Part shown: piece by piece, positions 10,404 through 20,185 of the stretch
Layout: each line of letters starts with the position of its first letter
Position numbering within the stretch: the stretch's first letter is position 1
Position numbers and translations under genes: made by a program
Virus record (IMG/VR): IMGVR_UViG_3300031857_000057
Coordinates: 39,519 to 103,518 of that record
Source of the DNA: a virus
DNA length: 64,000 nucleotides
Reading direction: 5' to 3' (one strand)
The notes under the pieces: generated by a model
What the model was told of the DNA's origin: nothing
Seen by the model: the letters and a program-made list of their open reading frames with translations, nothing else
Databases searched by the model: none

Positions 10404-13400
10404 ATGAACTATGTTGGGCTTCATGTCCACACTCATTACTCATTGATGGATGGTGTGGCTACTCCGCAAGAATATGTAAAAAGAGCACTTGAGCTGGGAA
10501 TGCCAGCAATTGCAATTACAGATCATGGAACGCTTTCTGGGCATCGTGAAATGTATCGTCTTGCGAAAGAAGCAGGTATTAAACCTATTCTTGGCATAGA
10601 AGGCTATATGACAAGCAATCGCTTTGATAATAGGGCGAAGGCAGATAGAACAGATCCATTAGATCAAAACTATCATCATATAGTTCTTCTTGCCAAGAAC
10701 CAACAAGGTTTAGAAAATCTAAATAAAATTAATGAGATTGCTTGGACTGAAGGATTTTTTAGTAAGCCAAGATTTGATTTTGAAACATTAGAGAAATATA
10801 AAGAAGGTATTATTGTTACATCTGCTTGCCTAAGTGGCTGGATTGCAAAAGCGGTAGAACTAGATGAGCTTGCTATTGCTAAAAAGCACATAGCGTGGTT
10901 TAAAAATACATTTGGCGATGATTACTATATTGAGGTTATGCCTCATAATCCTGAAAGAGTTAATAAAGGATTAATTGATTTAGCTAAGTCCATGGGTGTA
11001 AAGATAGTTGTAACACCAGACTGTCATCACTCAGATACAAGCCAAAAAGAAATACAAGAGTTAATGCTTATCCTAAATACGCATGCTAAATTACAAAAAG
11101 ATGTTACATATGATAAATCACAAAAGCATAAAGACATGATGGACAGGCTTGACTATCTTTATGGGGCAGATCGTCAAATGTCATTTAGATCTTTTGATAT
11201 TCACCTTTTGTCATATGATGAAATGAAAGCATGTATGGCAAAGCAGGGTATAGATAATGACGAGATGTTTGCTAGTACATTAGAGATTGCAAACAAAGTA
11301 GAAGATTATGATATTAAGTCTGGTCTTAATTTGCTACCAGTTCAATATCGTAAACCTATGGAAGAACTCAAAAACCTTGCTTGGGAAGCAATGGAAGAAA
11401 AAAAGCTTACATCTAATTGGCTTGGAAGTGATATATATGAAACTAGACTTAATGAAGAACTAGACATTATTGATCAAAAGAATTTTGGTCCGTACTTTCT
11501 TGTAGTCCGTAATATGATTAACTGGGCAAAAAAAGAAGGCATCATGGTAGGTCCAGGTCGTGGATCATCTGCAGGATCACTCTTGTGTTACCTTATCGGT
11601 ATTACAGATATTGATCCCATTGAACATGATCTCCTATTCTTCCGATTTATTAATCCAGAGCGTAATGACTTTCCAGATATTGATACAGATATTCAAGACT
11701 CAAGGCGTGATGAGGTAAAAGATTATCTTGTTAAACAATATCGTCATGTTGCATCTATTGCTACATTTTTAGAGTTTAAGGATAAAGGTGTTGTACGAGA
11801 TGTTTCTAGAGCTTTAAATATTCCTTTATCAGATGTTAACAAAGTTTTAAAAACAGTTGATACGTGGGATGATTTTTGTACATCCAAGAATTCTGCCTGG
11901 TTTCGTGAAAAATATCCAGAGGTCGTAAACTATGGAGATCAGCTTCGTGGTCGCATTAGAGGAACTGGTGTACATGCTGCAGGAGTTGTTACAAGCAAAG
12001 AACCTATCTTTAAACACGCACCACTTGAAACAAGAAGTGTGACTGGATCTGATGAGCGTATGCCTGTAGTGGCGGTAGATATGGAAGAGGCAGAGCGCAT
12101 AGGTCTTATTAAAATTGATGCTTTAGGTTTAAAGACTCTTAGTGTTCTTAAAGATACTATTGATATTATTGATGAAAGACATGGCAAAAAGATTGATTTA
12201 CTGAATATTGATATGGATGATAAAAATGTTTATCAAATGCTTTCAGATGGATATACCAAGGGTGTATTCCAATGCGAAGCAACACCATATACAAATCTTC
12301 TTGTCAAGATGAGAGTAAATAATCTTTCTGAACTTGCTGCATCCAATGCCTTGGTTCGCCCAGGGGCTATGAATACAATTGGTAAAGATTATATTGCTCG
12401 TAAGCATGGAAGACAAAATATTGACTACATGCATCAAATTTTAAAGGAATTCACAGAAGATACATATGGGTGTATCCTATATCAGGAGCAAGTCATGCAA
12501 GCCTGTGTACATCTTGGCGGTATGACAATGGCAGAGGCTGATAAGGTAAGAAAGATTATTGGTAAGAAAAAAGATGCCAGAGAGTTCAATGCATTCCAGG
12601 ACAAGTTTGTTAAGGGCGCTTCTGCTTATATTGCTCCTAATGCCGCTCTGGATTTGTGGCATGATTTTGAGGCACATGCGGGGTACTCGTTCAACAAGTC
12701 TCATGCGGTTGCTTACTCTACGCTCTCTTACTGGACAGCGTGGCTCAAATACCACTACCCAATAGAGTTTATGTATTCACTTCTCAAGAATGAGAAGGAT
12801 AAAGACACGAGAACGGAATATTTGATTGAAGCGAAAAGAATGGGCATTCCAATTAAGTTGCCTCATATTAATGATTCGGATAAAGATTTTAAAATTGAAG
12901 GTAAGGGTATTAGATTCGGTCTTTCTGCCATTAAGTACATCTCTGATACTATTGCTGACAGGTATATTGCTGCTCGTCCATTTAGCTCATACAAAGAAGT
13001 AGAGGAATTTACTTTTACAAAAGGCAATGGTGTAAATTCTCGTGCACTACAGGCCATGAATGCCGTAGGTGCGCTTACATTTAATGACAATCCATCTAAT
13101 CCAGAGAAGGTTAGAGAAAACCTATATGACTACTTAAATCTTCCTGAGTTTAATATGCCAATACCACAGCATTATCACGCATACCTTAACGACATTGAAG
13201 AATATGAGGAAAAGGGTGCATTCATTTTAATGGGTATGGTAAAATCAATTAAGAGATCTAAAGGATGGTCAAGAGTTGAAGTTCTGGACAAAACTGGCTC
13301 TGTCGGTATATTTGACGATGAAAACACCGCTATTGAGGCTGGTCGCACTTATATCATTCTTGCAAATGATAATAGGGTTGTTTCTGCAGTACCTGTTGAT

Positions 13401-13691
13401 GAAGTACATAATTCTTCCGATGCTTTGATAAAGTTTTTAAACTATAAGATGTTGCCATATAAAGATGATGAGATGTTTGTTGTTTCGTTTAAGCCTAGAG
13501 TCACTAAGGCTGGTAAGAAGATGGCATCTCTTACAGTGGCAGATTCTGGTAGAGAATTGCATGCAATAACTGTATTTCCTACAGCATTTCCAAAAGCATA
13601 TATGCATGTACAAGCTGGAAATATTTATAAGTTTAGTTTGGGTAAAACAAAAGATGGCACAGTGATAATGGAGGATGTAGTAAGTGTTTGA
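10404..13691 (+). CDS. dnaE: DNA polymerase III alpha subunit
   Basis: PHP domain HVHTHYSLMDG, ITDHG; GPGRGSSAGS; PDIDTD; YSFNKSH. Confidence 0.97.
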   Translation: MNYVGLHVHTHYSLMDGVATPQEYVKRALELGMPAIAITDHGTLSGHREMYRLAKEAGIKPILGIEGYMTSNRFDNRAKADRTDPLDQNYHHIVLLAKNQQGLENLNKINEIAWTEGFFSKPRFDFETLEKYKEGIIVTSACLSGWIAKAVELDELAIAKKHIAWFKNTFGDDYYIEVMPHNPERVNKGLIDLAKSMGVKIVVTPDCHHSDTSQKEIQELMLILNTHAKLQKDVTYDKSQKHKDMMDRLDYLYGADRQMSFRSFDIHLLSYDEMKACMAKQGIDNDEMFASTLEIANKVEDYDIKSGLNLLPVQYRKPMEELKNLAWEAMEEKKLTSNWLGSDIYETRLNEELDIIDQKNFGPYFLVVRNMINWAKKEGIMVGPGRGSSAGSLLCYLIGITDIDPIEHDLLFFRFINPERNDFPDIDTDIQDSRRDEVKDYLVKQYRHVASIATFLEFKDKGVVRDVSRALNIPLSDVNKVLKTVDTWDDFCTSKNSAWFREKYPEVVNYGDQLRGRIRGTGVHAAGVVTSKEPIFKHAPLETRSVTGSDERMPVVAVDMEEAERIGLIKIDALGLKTLSVLKDTIDIIDERHGKKIDLLNIDMDDKNVYQMLSDGYTKGVFQCEATPYTNLLVKMRVNNLSELAASNALVRPGAMNTIGKDYIARKHGRQNIDYMHQILKEFTEDTYGCILYQEQVMQACVHLGGMTMAEADKVRKIIGKKKDAREFNAFQDKFVKGASAYIAPNAALDLWHDFEAHAGYSFNKSHAVAYSTLSYWTAWLKYHYPIEFMYSLLKNEKDKDTRTEYLIEAKRMGIPIKLPHINDSDKDFKIEGKGIRFGLSAIKYISDTIADRYIAARPFSSYKEVEEFTFTKGNGVNSRALQAMNAVGALTFNDNPSNPEKVRENLYDYLNLPEFNMPIPQHYHAYLNDIEEYEEKGAFILMGMVKSIKRSKGWSRVEVLDKTGSVGIFDDENTAIEAGRTYIILANDNRVVSAVPVDEVHNSSDALIKFLNYKMLPYKDDEMFVVSFKPRVTKAGKKMASLTVADSGRELHAITVFPTAFPKAYMHVQAGNIYKFSLGKTKDGTVIMEDVVSV

Positions 13692-14001
13692 TGAACTAGC
13701 AGAACAAATACACGACAATGCAAAGGCAAAAGGTTTTTGGGATAGACCAGCAGATGAAATATTTGTAGCAAAACAAATGATGATGATTGTTTCAGAGGTT
13801 GTAGAGGCAATGGAAGTTGTTCGTAAAGACATGGATCCAGATAAGCTGTCTGATGAGTTTGCAGATATTATTATTCGTACCCTTGATCTTTATGCTGGTA
13901 TGGTAGATGCAGGGTATATGAAAAAGTCTCTTGATTATGCAATTAAAGAAAAGATGGAGATAAACTCCAATAGACCAAAGAAGCACGGAGTAAGATTCTA
14001 G
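13684..14001 (+). CDS. MazG-like nucleotide pyrophosphohydrolase
   Basis: SEVVEAME...DEFADIIIR. Confidence 0.8.
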   Translation: MFDELAEQIHDNAKAKGFWDRPADEIFVAKQMMMIVSEVVEAMEVVRKDMDPDKLSDEFADIIIRTLDLYAGMVDAGYMKKSLDYAIKEKMEINSNRPKKHGVRF

Positions 14002-15017
14002 TGGTAGTAAATGTAGAAGATGTTTTAGCACAATTAAATCCTAAGTTGAGGAAAAGCATATTAGTTGGAGATGCTGTTCCTAAAACAGAATACGCAGCAA
14101 CCCCAAGCTTTGGATTAAATAGAGCACTGAATGGTGGTTTGCCGTATGGTCGTCAAGTCCTTATCTGGGGTAGTAAATCAAGTGCAAAATCTTCACTATG
14201 CTTGCAAACAATCGCTTTGGCACAAAAAGAAGGAAAGGTTTGTGCTTGGATAGATGGAGAAATGTCTTATGACAAAGACTGGGCAGAAAAGCTTGGAGTA
14301 GATACATCAAAGCTTATTGTTTCTCAGGCTAGAACAATCAATGAAATGGTTGATGTAGGCGTAAACCTTATGGAGGCTGGTGTTGATCTTATCGTAGTAG
14401 ATTCTATTACGTCTCTTCTTCCTGCAATTTATTTTGAAAAGGATTCAGATGAACTCAAACAGTTGGAGAACACAAAACAAATCGGTGCAGAATCTAGAGA
14501 CTTTAGCAATGCATGGAAAATGCTTAACTATGCAAACAATAAAGTTAAGCCAACTTTGCTTATCCTTATTTCTCAGTCTCGTAATAATATTAATGCTATG
14601 TATACTAGCCAGCAGCCTACTGGTGGTCAGGCTACTAAGTTTTATTCCTCAACTGTTGTTAAGCTATTTTCTTCTGAATCCGAAAACCAAGCGATTAAAG
14701 GAAAGATTGCGATTGGAGATAAATTAATTGAAGAAAAGATTGGAAGAAAAGTTAGATGGGAGCTACAATTTTCTAAAACTTCCCCTGCTTTTCAAGGTGG
14801 CGAGTATGATTTTTATTTTAGAGGCGATGGCGTGGGTGTTGATTCTATCGGCGATCTTGTTGACACGGCAGAGCTAATGGGCATTGTTTCTAGAACTGGG
14901 GCATGGTATAATCTAGAAGATGGAACAAAGGTTCAAGGCAGAGAAGCTTTTGTAAATAGAGTTAAAGAAGATTTGAACCTTCAAGATTCTATTAGGTCCA
15001 AGGTTATGAATGTCTAA
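14001..15017 (+). CDS. recA: RecA/UvsX-like recombinase
   Basis: GGLPYGR, WIDGE, LIVVDS, ISQ, TGGQATKFYSS, GAWY. Confidence 0.9.
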   Translation: MVVNVEDVLAQLNPKLRKSILVGDAVPKTEYAATPSFGLNRALNGGLPYGRQVLIWGSKSSAKSSLCLQTIALAQKEGKVCAWIDGEMSYDKDWAEKLGVDTSKLIVSQARTINEMVDVGVNLMEAGVDLIVVDSITSLLPAIYFEKDSDELKQLENTKQIGAESRDFSNAWKMLNYANNKVKPTLLILISQSRNNINAMYTSQQPTGGQATKFYSSTVVKLFSSESENQAIKGKIAIGDKLIEEKIGRKVRWELQFSKTSPAFQGGEYDFYFRGDGVGVDSIGDLVDTAELMGIVSRTGAWYNLEDGTKVQGREAFVNRVKEDLNLQDSIRSKVMNV

Positions 15018-15201
15018 CTATACAACCTATCCTGGTAAGTTTCCATGTAGAACTTGCGGGGAAGAAGTTAAAACATGTAGGGTTTATCCAGCAACTGGAG
15101 AATCTACTTGGATATGTAGTAAAAAACATTTATCTAAAAGCCAACTTTATACTGTTGGATATAAAAAGAAAAAGGATTATGAGCGAAAAGAACGAGAGTA
15201 A
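15010..15201 (+). CDS. Small zinc-binding protein
   Basis: CRTC...CSKKH. Confidence 0.5.
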   Translation: MSNYTTYPGKFPCRTCGEEVKTCRVYPATGESTWICSKKHLSKSQLYTVGYKKKKDYERKERE

Positions 15202-15469
15202 AAGGTTGGGGGCTAAGCAGCATAAAAATTCTGGTAGAAATACCAAGAAAGGTGATGCTACTTGGGAAAACTTTACGGTAGATTTTAAAGAAAATTCAAA
15301 GTCATTTACTCTTAATAAAGATGTTTGGGCAAAAGCAACTACTGATGCTATTAAGAATGGAAATGATCCAGCCATAGTTGTAGTATTAGGCGATAGCGGA
15401 ATAAAAACTCGTCTTGCAATTATAGAAGTAGGAATTTTAGAAAATATGTTAGGGGAATATAATGGATAA
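15179..15469 (+). CDS. Holliday-junction resolvase-like PD-(D/E)xK nuclease
   Basis: NSG...KGD...VDFK pattern. Confidence 0.6.
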   Translation: MSEKNESKRLGAKQHKNSGRNTKKGDATWENFTVDFKENSKSFTLNKDVWAKATTDAIKNGNDPAIVVVLGDSGIKTRLAIIEVGILENMLGEYNG

Positions 15470-15776
15470 TAACGAACAGTCTAAAACAACGTTAGAAATG
15501 GTTAATGGTTTATCTGAAATTGCAGAGTTTATGAATGATGAAGAATTGACTACTGCTCTTACCATGATAGCAAAGCTTATTATAAAGCCAGATATTCCTA
15601 TGAATGTGGCAACATTAGAGATCGTTAGACTACAAGCCATCGCATCAAAAATGGCATTCAGAGCTACTTGGATGGCAAATGTAGATAAAAATGACAGGGC
15701 AAAGAAAAATATATACTATACTGCAGCAGAGTCAATCAACAATTTGGTGTCAGCTCTCAAGTATATAATGCGCTAG
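15462..15776 (+). CDS. Hypothetical protein
   Basis: 104 aa helical ORF in operon. Confidence 0.5.
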   Translation: MDNNEQSKTTLEMVNGLSEIAEFMNDEELTTALTMIAKLIIKPDIPMNVATLEIVRLQAIASKMAFRATWMANVDKNDRAKKNIYYTAAESINNLVSALKYIMR

Positions 15777-15809
15777 TCTGATATACTTATATATAACAAA
15801 AGGAATATA

Positions 15810-16643
15810 ATGACAAAAAATTTATTAAAGCAGGTAATGCTTAAGGAATCAGACAGCAAAAATATAAAAAAGAAACAAGATAAAATTATAGATTCAGATC
15901 AATTAATTGAGAAGATTAAATCTGGATATACTATTTCTCGTGGCCCAAAGCATATGAAAAAGAAAGCGTTTGCCCCTTCTCAAATTGCATACTCACACGG
16001 AGAATGCCCAAGATACTGGTATATTGCTTTTAATGGGGCAGTGTTTCAAGATGATACAGACGCTTATGGTGCAGCAAATATGCAATCTGGAACTATGTCT
16101 CATGACAGAATTCAACAAGCAATGCTGGATGCTGGAGTTGCAAAAGAATATATCAATGATAAAAATGAAAAGACAACAGAGTTTAAGGTAATATCTGATG
16201 ATCCGCCAATCTTTGGTTATGGCGATGCCATGATTAATTGGGAAGGCGAAGAAATCGTTGGTGAAATTAAAACAATGATGAGTGAAGCCTATGAGTATCG
16301 TAAGAAAACAAATAAACCAAAGACAGGACACTTAATACAGCTATTAATATATATGAAGGTATTAAAAAAGGCAAAGGGTGTTTTGATATATGAAAATAAA
16401 AACACACATGACCTTATGGTTATTCCAGTTGAAGTAAATGATGGATATAAACAATGGATTGAAAATGCTTTTAGTTGGATGCGAGAAGTTAGACAAGCTT
16501 GGAAAGATCAGCAACTTCCAATAAAAAATTATCGCAATAACTCTAAGATTTGTAAAGGTTGCCCAGTAAGAGAAGCATGTGTTGAAGCAGGCACTGGAGT
16601 AATTAAGATTGCTTCCTTGGAGGAATTGAGTGAAACTCTGTAA
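15810..16643 (+). CDS. Cas4-family exonuclease
   Basis: N-terminal CPR, GTMSH, GYGD...EIKT, QLLIY, C-terminal CKGCPVREAC Fe-S ligands. Confidence 0.85.
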   Translation: MTKNLLKQVMLKESDSKNIKKKQDKIIDSDQLIEKIKSGYTISRGPKHMKKKAFAPSQIAYSHGECPRYWYIAFNGAVFQDDTDAYGAANMQSGTMSHDRIQQAMLDAGVAKEYINDKNEKTTEFKVISDDPPIFGYGDAMINWEGEEIVGEIKTMMSEAYEYRKKTNKPKTGHLIQLLIYMKVLKKAKGVLIYENKNTHDLMVIPVEVNDGYKQWIENAFSWMREVRQAWKDQQLPIKNYRNNSKICKGCPVREACVEAGTGVIKIASLEELSETL

Positions 16644-16926
16644 TAGATTTGATTGTGAAACATATTTTCGTCCTAAGGTAAGCTATCAGGTTTACTGTTC
16701 AGATGAATGTAGAGATATTGCAACCAAAGAAAAAATTGCAGAGAGATACCAAGTAACAAAAAGATTAAAAAGAAAAGGCAAAGTAAGAAAATGTCTTGGA
16801 GGGTGCGGAGTTAATTTATCAATATATAATGATGAAGGATTCTGCTCAAACTGTAATGTTGTACAAAAAGAAGTTAATAAAATGCTAAAGCAAATTAAAG
16901 GATATTTTGATTATGAACAAGATTAA
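16630..16926 (+). CDS. Cys-rich zinc-finger protein
   Basis: CNRFDC, YCSDEC, CLGGC, CSNC. Confidence 0.55.
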   Translation: MKLCNRFDCETYFRPKVSYQVYCSDECRDIATKEKIAERYQVTKRLKRKGKVRKCLGGCGVNLSIYNDEGFCSNCNVVQKEVNKMLKQIKGYFDYEQD

Positions 16927-17485
16927 ACCTAAAAATATTTGTGCTATTGATGCTAGTACAAATACAATTGCTTTTGCTATTTTTGCTGATGACAAGCTAT
17001 CAACAACTGGCAAGGTAGCATTTTTTGGACATAACATATATGAAAAAATTATTGATGCTACTGCAAAAACTAGGGCATTTTTTAGATTATATAATATAGA
17101 TGCAGTAGTTATTGAGCATACGGTGTTTATGAATTCCCCCAAAACTGCAGCAGATCTTGCAATGGTACAAGGTGCAATTATTGGCGGTATTGGATTGACT
17201 GGAATAAATCAAATAGGCAGAGTATCCCCAATTACATGGCAAAACTATCTGGGAAATAAAAGACTTACAAAAGAAGAGCAGATATCAATAAGGTCTGCAA
17301 ACCCAGGAAAATCTGATTCTTGGTATAAATCTTATGAAAGAAATATTAGAAAAGAAAGAACTTCAAAACTTATTGATATTATCTATGATAAAAAAATAGA
17401 TGATAACGATGTTGCAGATGCCTGTGGCATAGGTCATTGGGCAATACATAATTGGGAAAAAGCTATTAAGTTTGACAAGGATTAG
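16913..17485 (+). CDS. RuvC-like resolvase
   Basis: AIDAS...VVIE...DVADA acidic residues. Confidence 0.8.
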   Translation: MNKIKPKNICAIDASTNTIAFAIFADDKLSTTGKVAFFGHNIYEKIIDATAKTRAFFRLYNIDAVVIEHTVFMNSPKTAADLAMVQGAIIGGIGLTGINQIGRVSPITWQNYLGNKRLTKEEQISIRSANPGKSDSWYKSYERNIRKERTSKLIDIIYDKKIDDNDVADACGIGHWAIHNWEKAIKFDKD

Positions 17486-17487
17486 AT

Positions 17488-17643
17488 ATGGCTGCTAAAC
17501 TATATACAAATGAATCCTGGCTTCGTAAACGATATGTTATGGATAAAAAGACTCCACAAGAGATAGCGAAAGAGTGTGGGGCAAGCCTAGAAACAATATA
17601 CGTTTACCTTGCTAAATTTGGATTAAGGAAATCAAAAAGATGA
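17488..17643 (+). CDS. Small HTH DNA-binding protein (not in the ORF track)
   Basis: 51 aa, MAAKLYTNESWLRKRYVMDKKTPQEIAKECGASLETIYVYLAKFGLRKSKR. Confidence 0.7.
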   Translation: MAAKLYTNESWLRKRYVMDKKTPQEIAKECGASLETIYVYLAKFGLRKSKR

Positions 17644-17885
17644 CAGAAAAGTTTAATATTACCGTTGATCAGGTAAATCATCCTACTCACTATACTTCAG
17701 ATCCGTCTGGTGTTGAGTGTATTCAAATTACTCGTCATCGTAATTTTAATGTTGGCAATGCATTTAAGTATCTTTGGAGAGCAGGTCTAAAAAATGAAGA
17801 TACGCAAATAGAAGATCTTAAAAAGGCAATCTTTTATATACAAGATGAAATTAAAAGATTAGAGGGAATTTATGACAAACACTGA
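17640..17885 (+). CDS. DUF3310-like protein
   Basis: VNHPTHY...ECI...GNAFKYLWRAGLK...EDLKKA. Confidence 0.8.
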   Translation: MTEKFNITVDQVNHPTHYTSDPSGVECIQITRHRNFNVGNAFKYLWRAGLKNEDTQIEDLKKAIFYIQDEIKRLEGIYDKH

Positions 17886-18411
17886 GGTAGAACTTATTAA
17901 TCATCTTGATGAAGTAAACCGTGTTGTAGAAGAATATTTAAAAGGTAATGATGCTACCAGAATCTCTAAAGATTTGGGTATGCCGAGGACTCGTGTTGTT
18001 GCCCATCTTGATGAGTGGAAGCGTATGGCTTCAGATAATAGTGCAATTCGTGCTAGAGCTAAAGAGGCATTAGCTGGAGCAGATGCACATTACAATAAGC
18101 TTATTACCAAAGCATATGAAGTTATTGAGGATGCTACAACTACAGCAAATCTAAATGCAAAAACTGCTGGTATTAAACTTGTAATGGATATTGAATCTAA
18201 GCGTATTGATATGTTACAAAAGGCAGGCTTATTAGAAAATAAAGAACTAGCAGAAGAGATGGTTGAGATAGAAAAAAGACAAGAGGTATTGGTTAATATC
18301 CTAAAAGACATTGCATCATCACATCCAGAGGTTAGAGATCTTATTATGCAAAGGCTGTCAAGTATTGCCAGAGAAGGTGAAGTGATTACAGTTGTCCACG
18401 ATGTTCAATGA
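17872..18411 (+). CDS. HTH protein, probable terminase small subunit
   Basis: N-terminal HTH plus helical region, overlapping the terL start. Confidence 0.55.
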   Translation: MTNTEVELINHLDEVNRVVEEYLKGNDATRISKDLGMPRTRVVAHLDEWKRMASDNSAIRARAKEALAGADAHYNKLITKAYEVIEDATTTANLNAKTAGIKLVMDIESKRIDMLQKAGLLENKELAEEMVEIEKRQEVLVNILKDIASSHPEVRDLIMQRLSSIAREGEVITVVHDVQ

Positions 18412-20173
18412 TTTTCTTGAAGCGCTAGAAGATAATCATTTTGAAGAAAAGCCAGTAGATGTAGTAACATTTGTTGAGTCTTCAGAATATTTGGGACAAC
18501 CACCCCTATCTAAAATACAGTATGAAATAGTTGAGGCCATGAGCCAAATATATCGTAAGCCTGAGCTACAAATTCTGATGGGAACAGAAGCAGGAGCAAG
18601 ACATTATGACAAATATACTAAAAATGAAATCATCCTTCAACTTGGCAAGGGTAGTGGTAAAGACCATACTTCTACCGTTGCTTGTGCTTATGTTGTGTAT
18701 AAACTATTATGTCTTAAAGATCCTGCCAGATATTTCGGAAAGCCACCAGGAGATGCCATAGACATTATCAATGTCGCTATTAACGCTGAACAAGCAAAGA
18801 ATGTTTTCTTCAAAGGTTTTAGAAATAAAATTGAAAAGTCACCGTGGTTTGCTGGAAAATATGATCCTAAAGTAAACTCAATTACTTTTAATAAATCAAT
18901 AACTGTTTATTCAGGTCATTCAGAACGTGAGTCACATGAAGGTCTAAATTTATTTATGGCAGTACTTGATGAAATATCTGGATTTGCTACTGAGGTTGGA
19001 ACTGGCAATGATCAAGGAAAAACTGCTGACAATATTTATAAAGCATTTCGTGGTACTGTAGATTCTCGTTTTCCTGATTTAGGCAAAGTAGTTCTTCTTT
19101 CATTTCCCCGATATCAAGGTGACTTTATTTCAAAGCGGTATGAAGATGTTATTATGGACAAAGACACTCTTGAACGTAGATATAAGTTTGTTATTAATGA
19201 AGAGTTGCCAGAAGGACCAGACAATGAATTTGAAATTGTTTGGGAAGAAGATCATATAAAATCATACAAATATCCTAGAATGTTTGCACTAAAACGTCCA
19301 ACATGGGAAGTAAATCCTACTAGAAAGATTGATGATTTTAAGATTGCATTTTTGACAGATCCTGGAGATGCAATGATGAGATTCCTTTGTACTCCAACAT
19401 ACTCTTCTGATGCATTCTTTAAGCAAAGAGATAAGTTGGAAAAGTGTATGACGCTTAGAAATCCATTGGATAATCACAGACGTTTTGATTCAAACTTTAA
19501 GCCAGATCCAGATAAAACATATTATATTCATGCTGACCTTGCTCAAAAACATGACAAGTGCGCTGTTGCTATTGCACATGTTGAACGATGGGTAAACATT
19601 CAAGTAATAAAAGATTACGAACAGGTAGCTCCTGTAGTTGTTGTTGATGCTGTAGCTTGGTGGGAACCTAAGATAGAAGGCCCAGTTGATTTATCAGAAG
19701 TTAAAAAATGGATTATGAATCTTCGTAGAGAAGGTTTTAATGTTGGAATGGTTACATTTGACCGATGGCAATCATTTGATATACAACAAGAATTAAAAGC
19801 AGTAGGCATGAGAACTGATACTGTTTCGGTAGCTAAAAAACACTACGAAGATCTTGCTATGATGATATACGAAGAGCGTGTTGCAATGCCAATGCTGCCA
19901 ATTCTATTAGAAGAAATGTCTGAACTAAAGATAACAGATAATGGCAAAAGAGTAGATCACCCTAGAAAGAAATCTAAGGACTTAGCAGATGCTGTATGCG
20001 GAGCGGTATTTGGAGCTATATCGCATACAAGTAGAGACTCTAACATAGAAATAGAAGTCCATACATGGTCTTCTGCCTCCCGACTTGCAGAACAAAATAA
20101 GGGTATGGTAGAATTGGACAAGGAAATTCCTGACGACGTTATGGACTTTCTAGACGAATATAAACTAATATAA
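18392..20173 (+). CDS. terL: Terminase large subunit
   Basis: Walker A LGKGSGKD, Walker B AVLDE, nuclease HADLA...FDRW...KDLADA. Confidence 0.9.
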   Translation: MSTMFNDFLEALEDNHFEEKPVDVVTFVESSEYLGQPPLSKIQYEIVEAMSQIYRKPELQILMGTEAGARHYDKYTKNEIILQLGKGSGKDHTSTVACAYVVYKLLCLKDPARYFGKPPGDAIDIINVAINAEQAKNVFFKGFRNKIEKSPWFAGKYDPKVNSITFNKSITVYSGHSERESHEGLNLFMAVLDEISGFATEVGTGNDQGKTADNIYKAFRGTVDSRFPDLGKVVLLSFPRYQGDFISKRYEDVIMDKDTLERRYKFVINEELPEGPDNEFEIVWEEDHIKSYKYPRMFALKRPTWEVNPTRKIDDFKIAFLTDPGDAMMRFLCTPTYSSDAFFKQRDKLEKCMTLRNPLDNHRRFDSNFKPDPDKTYYIHADLAQKHDKCAVAIAHVERWVNIQVIKDYEQVAPVVVVDAVAWWEPKIEGPVDLSEVKKWIMNLRREGFNVGMVTFDRWQSFDIQQELKAVGMRTDTVSVAKKHYEDLAMMIYEERVAMPMLPILLEEMSELKITDNGKRVDHPRKKSKDLADAVCGAVFGAISHTSRDSNIEIEVHTWSSASRLAEQNKGMVELDKEIPDDVMDFLDEYKLI

Positions 20174-20185
20174 ACAAGGAGAAAA

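Noticed and set aside
15810-16643. Cas4 as a sign of a CRISPR-Cas system
   Set aside because: No other cas genes and no repeat-spacer array; stand-alone Cas4-like nucleases are normal in phage recombination modules
10404-20173. Inteins or introns in dnaE, recA or terL
   Set aside because: Lengths are ordinary, frames are continuous, and no splicing or homing-endonuclease motifs were seen
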